Shown here piece by piece: positions 55,154 through 63,768 of a stretch of DNA of 64,000 bases. The stretch comes from a virus. The position numbers and the translations under genes were made by a program. Numbering within the stretch: the stretch's first letter is position 1; the number at the start of each line of letters is the position of its first letter. The DNA lies in the IMG/VR virus record IMGVR_UViG_3300033233_000010, positions 57,784 to 121,783 of that record. One strand, written 5' to 3'. Below the pieces are notes generated by a model. It had not been told where the DNA came from. It made no database searches and saw nothing but the letters and a program-made list of their open reading frames with translations.

Positions 55154-55654
55154 CTACTTGAGGTTTTCGATCGAGACACTCACGAAGAAGCTCTTGTTGA
55201 CGCTGAGGAGCTTCTTGGCGAAGCGTGTTCTGATGCCGCGGCGCAACGCGAAGTCGCTCGGATCGAGAAACGGCGGCTGGTTGCCGACCGACGGCGGGAT
55301 GTTGACGAGCGGCTCGCCGAGCCCCTTCTTGGCCCGCTCGTCCCTCCACTTCCTGAACGCCTCCTCGCGCCGGGCCTCCCGGTCGTCGTAGGCGGTCACT
55401 CGTTTCGCGACCGGGCACTCCGGGGCGCTGAGCGCACCGATCCGGTCGATGATCGACGGCTCCGGGCAGGGGGCCGGCTCGAAGAGGAAGCCGTTGGGAA
55501 AGCCCGGAGGCGCCATGACCGGAATGTAGGGCGCGTAGACGTAGCCGGTGCCGAGGAACGTCGGACCCTTGTGGCCGGTCAGCACATGCTTGCCGCTGCC
55601 AGCCGGGAAGATCGGGTCCGAGTAGACCTTGAACTTGTCGTTCAGCGCCGACAT
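55154..55654 (-). CDS. Protein resembling the C-terminus of a T4 gp23-type major capsid protein, with an inserted module
   Basis: KFKVYSDP, TGHKG...GYVYAPYIP, and DPSDFALRRGIRTRFAKK. Confidence 0.7.
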   Translation of the reverse strand: MSALNDKFKVYSDPIFPAGSGKHVLTGHKGPTFLGTGYVYAPYIPVMAPPGFPNGFLFEPAPCPEPSIIDRIGALSAPECPVAKRVTAYDDREARREEAFRKWRDERAKKGLGEPLVNIPPSVGNQPPFLDPSDFALRRGIRTRFAKKLLSVNKSFFVSVSIENLK

Positions 55655-55678
55655 GCCCCGCAGTATAGCTGCGTCAGC

Positions 55679-56218
55679 TTACGCCGTCGCCGGCTTCGTC
55701 TCCGGTGCCGGCGCCGAAGCCGTCGCTCCGTTCTTCTTGGGGGCTTCCAGCTTCTCCGCCACCTGGTCCTCGCCCACGTCGATGAGCTTGTCGATGCGCG
55801 TGCGGAGCAGCTCGTACCAGTCCGACCACGACTCGGGGATGCCCCCTTCCTTCATCCACTGCTCCATGCAGTCGCGGATGTGCTTGAGTTCGAGCACGTC
55901 GAGGTCGACGACCGTCGCCTTCTCGTCTTTGGCGTAGGCGTTCTTGGCCCTCGTGAGCGCGTTCACGACGCGCTGAGCCACGCGGACCTGGTCGCGGCTC
56001 TTGTTCCCCTCGCCGTTGGGCCGGTTGGCCGTGGGGCCGCCCTTCGCGGTATGGATCGCCGTGCGGAGGACGGTCATCGAGATAGCCACGTTCGTTCGGA
56101 ACAGCGGGTTCCGCCGGTCATCGTCGTCGACGACGAACTCGGCGATGTCCAGATCGAGCTTCATGATGGTTCTTCTCCTCGCGCTCTTCGCCTTGAAGTT
56201 CTTGAGCCAGTCCGTCAC
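55679..56218 (-). CDS. Hypothetical protein
   Basis: 179 aa, helical. Confidence 0.6.
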   Translation of the reverse strand: MTDWLKNFKAKSARRRTIMKLDLDIAEFVVDDDDRRNPLFRTNVAISMTVLRTAIHTAKGGPTANRPNGEGNKSRDQVRVAQRVVNALTRAKNAYAKDEKATVVDLDVLELKHIRDCMEQWMKEGGIPESWSDWYELLRTRIDKLIDVGEDQVAEKLEAPKKNGATASAPAPETKPATA

Positions 56219-56255
56219 GGCGATGTTCTACCACGACTCTGCGGCAGGCGAGTAG

Positions 56256-56735
56256 CTACCTGCCAGCCTTGGCGGCGGCGATCTCCGAGTTCACCCACGC
56301 GATGACTGCTTCGCGCGTCCAGACCATGTAGTGCTCAGTAAAGACCGAGGCGATGTAGTCCGGGTCAACCGCGCCGCCGTGCTTGACGACGTAGTCGATC
56401 TGGAGATGCCACGCCGCTCGCTCCTCGTCCGCGCGGAACCCGAGGTCGACGGCGTAGCGCCGGATGTAGTCGACGTAACCGATCTCCTGCTGGCGCAACG
56501 CGTGAAGCTGCTCATGCCTCAAGAGCCCGTTCTGGCTAACGGGGTCTGCGCGCAGGAATTCACACGGGTCGCTCGTGAGGATCACCTCGCCGACGGTCGA
56601 GTAGATCCCTTCGGCGATTCCCTGCTGTTTCTGGATGCGCTTTAGTGGGCGCCACCGATCGTCGAGTGTGATGTGGTCGAGGTCGCACGAGCACCCCGCC
56701 AGCGTCGCGATGCTGAGCGCCAAGAACCATCTCAC
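56256..56735 (-). CDS. Putative lipoprotein with HExxH zincin motif
   Basis: Signal MRWFLALSIATLAG-C (lipobox) and RHEQLH...E; GTG at 56735 overlaps the upstream stop. Confidence 0.65.
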   Translation of the reverse strand: MRWFLALSIATLAGCSCDLDHITLDDRWRPLKRIQKQQGIAEGIYSTVGEVILTSDPCEFLRADPVSQNGLLRHEQLHALRQQEIGYVDYIRRYAVDLGFRADEERAAWHLQIDYVVKHGGAVDPDYIASVFTEHYMVWTREAVIAWVNSEIAAAKAGR

Positions 56736-59653
56736 GCGAAGACCGGGTCCTTGTCGCTGTTGTTCAGGACTTGGACGAAGCATCGGAGCGTCGTCGGCGT
56801 GAGCGACGAGTTGGCGTTGAGCTTGAGCGAGATGTTGTTCGTGTTGTTCGTGACGCTCGCCGTGACGGTGAGCGTGCCGGACGAGACGGCCTGGGCGTTG
56901 CCAAACTTGGCTGTGCTCGTGAAGTAAGTGGCGCTGACCTGCGTCGCCGACAGCGTGACGAATCCCGTCTCCGTCTGATAGTCCGTGCCATCGTCGTAGA
57001 CGACGGTGTACTGGATCGTGACGCCGATGCGCCCAGTGTTGTTCGGCACGTCGATGTTGAAGATTTCCGTCGCCGTGTTGTTGACGAGCGTGACCGGCTT
57101 TCCGCGCGCCTGGTAACGCGCGTTCGTGGTCTGCGCCGTCGAGCCGGTAGTACCGGGGTAGGTGGTCTTGATGTAGCAATCAGCGGGCGAAGCTGAGCCG
57201 GTCGACACGCCCGAGGCGAGAACGAGCGCAGACGCGGCGATGTCCGTACCCACGCCATTGGTGGCGTGAATCGACACGAAGGCCGACGGCGTCGCGCTCT
57301 CGACGCCCTTTCCGATGTAAGTGTCGTCGATTCTCGAACCAGGCTGGTCGGCGCCGACGACGAACTGGTTGGTCGCCGTCGTCGCTCCGTTGTTGTAGGC
57401 GATAACGATTGACCCTTGGAAGGTACTCGAAGCGTTTGTTCCGATCGAGATGGCGTTGCCCGAGGCCACCGCGTTGACACCGATGGCTATGCCGTTTTCG
57501 GCGTTCGCCCCGTTACCGAACGCTGTTCCGAAGGCGCCCGCCGAACCCGCTGAAGCTCCAACGCCGACAGCGGTAGACTGTGCAGCCGAAGCGCTGTTGA
57601 AGATCGTGGCACCGTAGCCTACCGCGAGGCTGTCCGAAGCGGTCGAACCGACGGAGGCCGTCGCTCCGATCGCGAGGCTGTGCGATGCGGCGGACGAGGC
57701 GCCGTTACCAACCGCCAGCGCCGATGCGCCAGCCGCCGTCGTTCCGGCTCCAAAGCGCTCGCTGCTCCCACCAGCGCCGAGACACGAGATCGTTCCGGTG
57801 TTGCTGATCGTCACAGCGTCGGTGAGCGTCGTGCCCGAGCCGGCTCGTGCGGTCTGGAGCTTGACCGAGCCACCAGCTGTCGCAGCGTCGCCGGAAGTAC
57901 CACCGGCGATGAGAATGGTCGCACCGGCGACGCCCGCGCCGAGACCGCCGCTGGGATGGATCGTAAAACTGAACGGTGAAGCGACGGCTACGCCAGTCCC
58001 GAGGTAGAGGTCGCCCAGTGTGTGCGAAGTCGAGCCGAAGACGACCTGACCGGTAGCTGTGGTGATCGCGCCGGTACCAAAGGCCATTGACCCGGTGAAG
58101 GCAGACGTACTCCCCGGGCCGAACGCGACTGCTCGTATCGCCGATGCGACCGCGTTGTCTCCGAACGCGATGGCGCTACTGGCCGAGGACGTGCTGTCGT
58201 AGCCAATCGCAATCGAACCGCTGTCCGATGCGAGCGATTCGGCAGCTATGGAGATCGAGAAAGCCCCCGACGCGACCGCGTTCTTGCCGAGCGCCGTAGT
58301 TCCGAATGCCGATGCCGACGCGCTCCTACCGGCTGCGAGCGAGTCGCCACCAGCGGCCAGAGCGCCACTACCGAACCTCTCCGAGTCCGTTCCAGCGCCG
58401 GGAGACGACAGGAAACCCAGGAACGTCGCCGTCTGACCCGCCCTGCCGAGCGTCATGGATGTCTGCGTAGCGCCGCCACCGATCGTAACGGTCGTCGTAA
58501 GCGCGTCGGTGAACAGCGCCGCCGTACCGGCGGATGTGCGCTGAACGCTCGAACCGTCGATGGCGATGGTCGCACCCACGACGACAGATGTGCCCGCGTA
58601 GAGGGTGCGGATTCGGTTGGTGGCCGAGACGCCGATGTCGTAAACGTTGTCGGTCTGCGGGACTTGATGCCCCGCCGTAGTGATCTGCCACTGAGTCGCC
58701 GCCGCCGCCCCCAGGTTGAGAGCCGTCGCGGCGGGAGCTTGGAGAGTAGTGAGACGCATGGTACCGGTGGCGTTTCCAGCCGTGCCGTCGCCGAGCGCAA
58801 CGGTAGCCGCGGAAAGTTGAGAGAAGCCCGACGTGAGCGCGGTCGATGGGTCCGTCGGCGAGCCGGTCCAGCCGTGAACGAGTGAGGAGGCGGACTGGAA
58901 GTGCCCGGCGTTGACGACTGCGTGGCGGTCGACACCGGCGAGCGCGCCGGACGGAACAGTGTGGAGCACGATCCTACCCGGCGCACTGGCGCCATCCACC
59001 GGCGAGCCGTCGACGTAAAACTTGATCCGTGCCATCGTCGCGTGGCCGCTCGTGGCTCCGATGTAGCCCGGGGCTTCCCACTGCCCAAGGAGGTCGTTAT
59101 TCAGGACCGCCGACGGCGCCGCGTTTGTGCCGCGCGAAGTTCCGAGCTGCCAGACCATGCCAGTCGGGGTGCCGGCGAAGTAGAAGCGCGCCACGCTGCG
59201 GGAGTCGAACGAACCGATCATGTTCGAGTTGGCGGCGGTGACGAGGTACGGCAGCGATCCGTTGTCAGTGAAGAACGGGACGCCGGTAGGTGTAACCGAG
59301 AATCGGTCGGTGGCGTTGGTCTGGAGCTGGATCAAGACGCCCGTGGCCCCCGTCACCGCGTTGGCGTAGAGCGCGGGGCCGCTCGTTGTCGCGCCCATCG
59401 ACACGGAGAGCGCCGCACCCGAACCGGCGGTGACGCTCACTTCGAGCGCGTTGTTCGCGTTGACGCCAGGCTTGTCGATGTGGACGGCGCCGCTGTCCGC
59501 GGTGATGACCCGTCCTGCCCCGCTGCCGCCGAAGTCGTAGGCGGTGTCGAGCGTTCCGGCTCCGGTCTGTGGCACCCACGTCGTCCCAGACCAGGCGACG
59601 ACCTGACCGGTCGTCGCGCCATCCTGCTTGAGCTGCTTGAGGTCGACCGCCAT
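56732..59653 (-). CDS. Tail fibre / receptor-binding protein with YadA-head-like repeats
   Basis: 973 aa, Gly/Ala/Thr/Ser-rich, repeated A(I/V)A(I/F/V)G units of about 14 aa in two blocks. Confidence 0.75.
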   Translation of the reverse strand: MAVDLKQLKQDGATTGQVVAWSGTTWVPQTGAGTLDTAYDFGGSGAGRVITADSGAVHIDKPGVNANNALEVSVTAGSGAALSVSMGATTSGPALYANAVTGATGVLIQLQTNATDRFSVTPTGVPFFTDNGSLPYLVTAANSNMIGSFDSRSVARFYFAGTPTGMVWQLGTSRGTNAAPSAVLNNDLLGQWEAPGYIGATSGHATMARIKFYVDGSPVDGASAPGRIVLHTVPSGALAGVDRHAVVNAGHFQSASSLVHGWTGSPTDPSTALTSGFSQLSAATVALGDGTAGNATGTMRLTTLQAPAATALNLGAAAATQWQITTAGHQVPQTDNVYDIGVSATNRIRTLYAGTSVVVGATIAIDGSSVQRTSAGTAALFTDALTTTVTIGGGATQTSMTLGRAGQTATFLGFLSSPGAGTDSERFGSGALAAGGDSLAAGRSASASAFGTTALGKNAVASGAFSISIAAESLASDSGSIAIGYDSTSSASSAIAFGDNAVASAIRAVAFGPGSTSAFTGSMAFGTGAITTATGQVVFGSTSHTLGDLYLGTGVAVASPFSFTIHPSGGLGAGVAGATILIAGGTSGDAATAGGSVKLQTARAGSGTTLTDAVTISNTGTISCLGAGGSSERFGAGTTAAGASALAVGNGASSAASHSLAIGATASVGSTASDSLAVGYGATIFNSASAAQSTAVGVGASAGSAGAFGTAFGNGANAENGIAIGVNAVASGNAISIGTNASSTFQGSIVIAYNNGATTATNQFVVGADQPGSRIDDTYIGKGVESATPSAFVSIHATNGVGTDIAASALVLASGVSTGSASPADCYIKTTYPGTTGSTAQTTNARYQARGKPVTLVNNTATEIFNIDVPNNTGRIGVTIQYTVVYDDGTDYQTETGFVTLSATQVSATYFTSTAKFGNAQAVSSGTLTVTASVTNNTNNISLKLNANSSLTPTTLRCFVQVLNNSDKDPVFA

Positions 59654-59712
59654 CGGTACCTTCCGCCCCCATCATAGCCCTCGCGCCGATCAGCGTCGAT
59701 CTCGATACGACG

Positions 59713-60159
59713 CTACCCAGCGACGGCGTTCGCCGCCCCATCCCACCCGAGGATCTGCGCGCACTTGTTGAGCATCGTCTCCGCGTCGTGCTCGTCTTCG
59801 AGGTGGAAGTCGTGTTCGACGTACGTCGGCCCCGAGAAGACGATGCCGTCGTCGCGTATGGCCGGGACAAACTTCCCGCCGACCTTCTTCCCGTAGTAGA
59901 AGCGCACGAACATCCGCTCATGCACGCGGTCGTTCGAGACGCCGGAGAGGCGAGCGCAAGTCGCCTCATCCTCGTAGACGAAGTCGTCCTCGATCTCGAC
60001 CTCCTCGAAGGAGATGATCGGCAGACGCTTCGGGTTGCCCGGGTCGCCCTCCGGGTTCTCGGGATGCCCGACCGGTTTCTCGACCTGCCGAAGCACGGTG
60101 CGCTTCTGCTCGGTCACGAACTCCTTCCTCCGAGGCGTAACCAGGGTCCACTCGATCAT
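59713..60159 (-). CDS. Hypothetical protein in the tail-fibre locus
   Basis: 148 aa between two fibre-like genes. Confidence 0.55.
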   Translation of the reverse strand: MIEWTLVTPRRKEFVTEQKRTVLRQVEKPVGHPENPEGDPGNPKRLPIISFEEVEIEDDFVYEDEATCARLSGVSNDRVHERMFVRFYYGKKVGGKFVPAIRDDGIVFSGPTYVEHDFHLEDEHDAETMLNKCAQILGWDGAANAVAG

Positions 60160-60169
60160 CGTCTTCCTC

Positions 60170-60778
60170 TCACCCCTTCACTTTTATGATGTGAAGGAAT
60201 TCGGTAAAGATCGGACGGTTCTCGGTCACCGTGCTCAGTCGGAAGTCGGTACCCGCGCCGTTGCTGGCCCCCGTGCCGCCACCGTGGCTGTGGCTCACTC
60301 CACCCGAGAGGGTCGCCCCGCCGTGGCTGTGGTTGTAGGTGTCGATCTTGCCGAGCGGCGAGCCGTTGTTCACGTTCGCCGGAGCGCCGTTCGGGGCGTT
60401 GTGGGTGTGGGAGTCGTTGTTGATCCCGTGCGTGTGGGGGATGCTATCTGCCGGAATGCCGTGCGAGTGGGAGCCCTCCGCGTGCTGGTGCGAGAGGTTG
60501 ACGGTGTCAGCGCCGCCAGCCGGAAGCGCCGGAGACCCAGAGGCCAGGAAGTAGTTCGTATCCGCGCCGAAGTTGGCGTTGGTGAGCGAGTTGTGCGCTC
60601 GTGGGAAGCGGGCTCGCATGTCGGTGAGCGTCGCCAGGTTGAACGGGCTCGACGCATCGGCGACGACCGAGCCGTCCAAGATGAGCCAGTTCGGCGGAAT
60701 CGGAGTGGAGGTGTTGGGGCGAATCCACTTCTTGATCGTCCCGACCGCTTCCTTCAGGTTGTCGAGGTTAATCACCAC
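60170..60778 (-). CDS. Tail collar domain / short fibre protein
   Basis: IPPNWLILDG...DMRARFPR, HxH repeats, and NRPIFTEFLHIIK. Confidence 0.75.
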   Translation of the reverse strand: MVINLDNLKEAVGTIKKWIRPNTSTPIPPNWLILDGSVVADASSPFNLATLTDMRARFPRAHNSLTNANFGADTNYFLASGSPALPAGGADTVNLSHQHAEGSHSHGIPADSIPHTHGINNDSHTHNAPNGAPANVNNGSPLGKIDTYNHSHGGATLSGGVSHSHGGGTGASNGAGTDFRLSTVTENRPIFTEFLHIIKVKG

Positions 60779-60820
60779 ACCGCACCTCTTTACGCTTCCA
60801 CCCTAGCACGCGCCGACTGA

Positions 60821-62503
60821 CTAGGCCGCGACCGGCTGTAGCCCGGCTCGCGACTGGTTGACGACGTTGTCGCCGGTCGGTCCCGCGTTCCATGTCACTT
60901 GGTTGACCGTCACCCCGTCCATCGGGACGCCTACTACGTCGTTACCGGAGAGAGCGCCGCCGCCCGCCACCGGACCGGCGAGCGTCGCTTTGGTCAGCGG
61001 CACTTCACCGATCTGACCGAACCAGAAGTTGACCGTCTTCGTTCCACCGCCGTAGCCGACGAAAAAGAGCCGCTCGCCCCCAGCAACCGAGGCGATGTCC
61101 GTGATGACGACATCGGAACGTCCGGGATTCCAGGCGCGCTCTCCGCCCCCGGCGCGCGTGTGAGCGAGCGAGATCGCGATGTCACCACCGATGCCCAGGC
61201 TGAACAGCGCCGAGTTGGAGCCGATCCACAGGAAAACGGAGACGGCTGTTCCGATAGTGTCGTTGACCGCGTAGTAAAGGTAGGTGGCTGGTATGCCGGG
61301 CAGCGACGCGTCATCGACAACCACGTACCACCGGCCACCTTCGAGGGCGGGACCGCTCGGAAAAGCGTTGATGCCCGAGCCGAGGAGAACACTCGCCTGG
61401 ATCTGACCGAGGTCGGTGTAGGCCGTACCGGAGACGGTGACTCGCTTCACCACCCACCCGACGCTTGGGCTGGGGTTCGCGTAGTAGACGCAGTAGAGGA
61501 AGCCGTCGCCTGGGTCGAACATCGTCCACTGGGTCGTGGCGGTGCCGGTTCCAGCGCCGGTCACGTTCCCGGTGTCGGCGAAGACGAGCGCCGGGGTCCA
61601 CACCCCGGCCCGGAGGGCGAAGATGGTTGCCTGCCCGGCCACGTTGGTGGCGAGCTGGACCAGCTCGTTCTTGAAGACGAACAGATCGGACGCGTTGATG
61701 TCCGTCATTCCGACCGGGACGTTCACTCGTTGGAACGCATCGGTCGCCGGGTCCCACTGGGAATGCGCGGTGCCACCGCTGTCGCTGTAAGAACCGCGGA
61801 AGTAGAGAGCGCCGTTGAAAACCACTTCGCGCTGGACGCCCGCCCTGTTCGTCGCCTTCAGGCCGAAGCCGGTGGCGAGCTGCGCGGTCGACCACGTCGC
61901 GCCATCGAGCGACGTGGCTCGGTAGATCGCGTTGTTGCTCGTGCCGCCCCAGACGAAGCCGAGGCGCGGAGACCGGTTGACGTAGAAGATGCGTAGCCCC
62001 GTGTGGCAGTTCAGCTCGCTCGGAGCGAGCGCCGGAGTGAGCGAGTAGACGACCGACCAGTTCGCCGAGCCGTCGTACTTGAAGACGTAGTTGCCGAGCC
62101 CACAGTAGAGCGAGCCTTCGTAGAGGAGGACGCGGTCCTGGTAGATGTTGTTGTTCGTCGAGCCGGCGGCCTCCAAGGCGCCGATGTTTGCCGTGGTGAG
62201 CGTGCCGGCGAGATTACCCGTTCCCGCGAACGTCGTAACCGACTCGTTCACGAAGACGCCGACGATCGTGTGGAGCACGACCTTGGTCGTCGGCCCGGTC
62301 TGGAGCACCTGGGTTACGAGGCCGGTTGCCGCGCTCGTTCCGCCCTTGAGCGTGTCGCCGACGACCGCCGCACCGGTGGCTGCTGTGAGAGTCATGACGG
62401 TGAAGTTGTCGCCGATCTGGGTCGATACGGCTCCGACCATTCGGGAGACGGTCGAGAACTGCGCGCTGCCGCGCTGCCGAACTCCTAGAACCGCGATCGC
62501 CAT
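60821..62503 (-). CDS. Putative virion protein (beta-rich)
   Basis: 560 aa, Gly/Thr/Val/aromatic-rich. Confidence 0.55.
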   Translation of the reverse strand: MAIAVLGVRQRGSAQFSTVSRMVGAVSTQIGDNFTVMTLTAATGAAVVGDTLKGGTSAATGLVTQVLQTGPTTKVVLHTIVGVFVNESVTTFAGTGNLAGTLTTANIGALEAAGSTNNNIYQDRVLLYEGSLYCGLGNYVFKYDGSANWSVVYSLTPALAPSELNCHTGLRIFYVNRSPRLGFVWGGTSNNAIYRATSLDGATWSTAQLATGFGLKATNRAGVQREVVFNGALYFRGSYSDSGGTAHSQWDPATDAFQRVNVPVGMTDINASDLFVFKNELVQLATNVAGQATIFALRAGVWTPALVFADTGNVTGAGTGTATTQWTMFDPGDGFLYCVYYANPSPSVGWVVKRVTVSGTAYTDLGQIQASVLLGSGINAFPSGPALEGGRWYVVVDDASLPGIPATYLYYAVNDTIGTAVSVFLWIGSNSALFSLGIGGDIAISLAHTRAGGGERAWNPGRSDVVITDIASVAGGERLFFVGYGGGTKTVNFWFGQIGEVPLTKATLAGPVAGGGALSGNDVVGVPMDGVTVNQVTWNAGPTGDNVVNQSRAGLQPVAA

Positions 62504-62569
62504 GATGCTCTATCTTCCTGAGAGGCGAGCTTCGGCGCAAGGAAGGTCCGCAAGGAGCGGTTCGGCGGC

Positions 62570-62854
62570 TTACCGTGGAAGTTCGGGGTAAGCGTTCGGC
62601 ACCGCCGGGTCGGGCACCACGTCGAAGACCACGAACTTGAAGCTGTTGTCCTCGTCCCACTTCGCGATCCGCTTCGCCAGCTCCGCGTTCTCGATCGAGG
62701 CGATCCGGTCGATGATGGAGGGCGCCCACGCCAGCGCCTCGTAGGTGGCGGTGATCGGCGTGCCCTTGGCCGGAGTCTTGTCCCACGTAAGCTTGAACGC
62801 CCCGGTCGCGTAGTCGATCTCGACCTCGGGGTCGCTACGACGCGGCTTTCTCAC
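62570..62854 (-). CDS. Small protein: IDYATG beta fragment plus PSIIDRI module
   Basis: GTG at 62854 with GAGG SD. Confidence 0.55.
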   Translation of the reverse strand: MRKPRRSDPEVEIDYATGAFKLTWDKTPAKGTPITATYEALAWAPSIIDRIASIENAELAKRIAKWDEDNSFKFVVFDVVPDPAVPNAYPELPR

Positions 62855-63215
62855 GTCCCTCGATCCACCGATCGTACTCGAAGCACCGCCACGCCGCCTC
62901 CCGGCTGTCGAGCGCGGCAATCCGGTCGATCATCGAGGGCTCGGGCGGAGGCGTGTCGATCGTGAAGTCGAGGTGGATCGTTTCCGCCGGCTTCTGGGGT
63001 CGGAAGCCGACGTTGATCCGCACCTCGCCCTTTGCGATGAGATCCTGGTCTGGGTCGCACTCGACGGTGACCAGCGACCACTTCTTGAGATCCTCGGCCA
63101 CGCAATTGTCGAGCGCCTTCTTGATCTCCGCGCAGAGCGCTGGCGTGAGGGGCTTGGCCTCCAAGACCGACAGGCGCTTCGACAGCGCGGCAGCTAACCG
63201 CTTGGCGTCGCTCAC
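62835..63215 (-). CDS. Tail-sheath C-terminal-like fragment plus PSMIDRI module
   Basis: VTVECD...KGEVRINVGFRPQKPAETIHLDF. Confidence 0.65.
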   Translation of the reverse strand: MSDAKRLAAALSKRLSVLEAKPLTPALCAEIKKALDNCVAEDLKKWSLVTVECDPDQDLIAKGEVRINVGFRPQKPAETIHLDFTIDTPPPEPSMIDRIAALDSREAAWRCFEYDRWIEGREKAAS

Positions 63216-63571
63216 AGGTTGAGGCCCCGCATGTCGATCTCCTCAGAGTGCTCTCCGGTCGGATCGAGGATCTTGGCGATGGCGGGGCTCGTGCGTATCC
63301 AGTTCGCCGGGCTCCTCACCGTCCTCTTGTGGATCTCGTTCGAGGCGCCCGCGATGGCCTTGAGCATCGCTTCGCGTTCGGCGGCGAGCTTGTCGTAGGC
63401 GGCGTTCCGGGCGGCGAGCTTCGACGACCCGAGACCGCCGACGCGATCGACGATCGACGGCTCGCGAAGGGCGGAGCGGAAACCCTCCAGCGAGAACGTG
63501 AGCGGCATCTGCTCCATCCGGTTCAGTCTCCGGTTCGCGTCGCGCATCTTCCTTCGAGACCGTCGGCTCAT
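63212..63571 (-). CDS. PSIVDRV module plus gp23-like fragment
   Basis: EIHKRTVRSPANWIRTSPAIAKIL. Confidence 0.6.
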   Translation of the reverse strand: MSRRSRRKMRDANRRLNRMEQMPLTFSLEGFRSALREPSIVDRVGGLGSSKLAARNAAYDKLAAEREAMLKAIAGASNEIHKRTVRSPANWIRTSPAIAKILDPTGEHSEEIDMRGLNL

Positions 63572-63768
63572 GCGTTGCCGAGAAACCGCGCCGGGACGGC
63601 AACCGCCTTGACGATCATCTGCGAGTAGAGCACGCACGCGTAGAACGGGTCGGCCCGCGCCACGCGCTCGGCAGCTGCTCCGTTGGGGTCGTCGATCATC
63701 GCGACCACGTCGATGATGCACGCATGCGTGGAGATGAAGGGAAGAATAGGTTCGAGCAGCTCACTCAT
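63568..63768 (-). CDS. Small protein with a diverged IIDxxA module
   Basis: IIDVVAMIDDPNGAAAERVARAD; 66 aa. Confidence 0.5.
   Translation of the reverse strand: MSELLEPILPFISTHACIIDVVAMIDDPNGAAAERVARADPFYACVLYSQMIVKAVAVPARFLGNA

Noticed and set aside
55154-55654. The true major capsid protein gene
   Set aside because: Only 166 aa and interrupted; most of the HK97 fold is missing.
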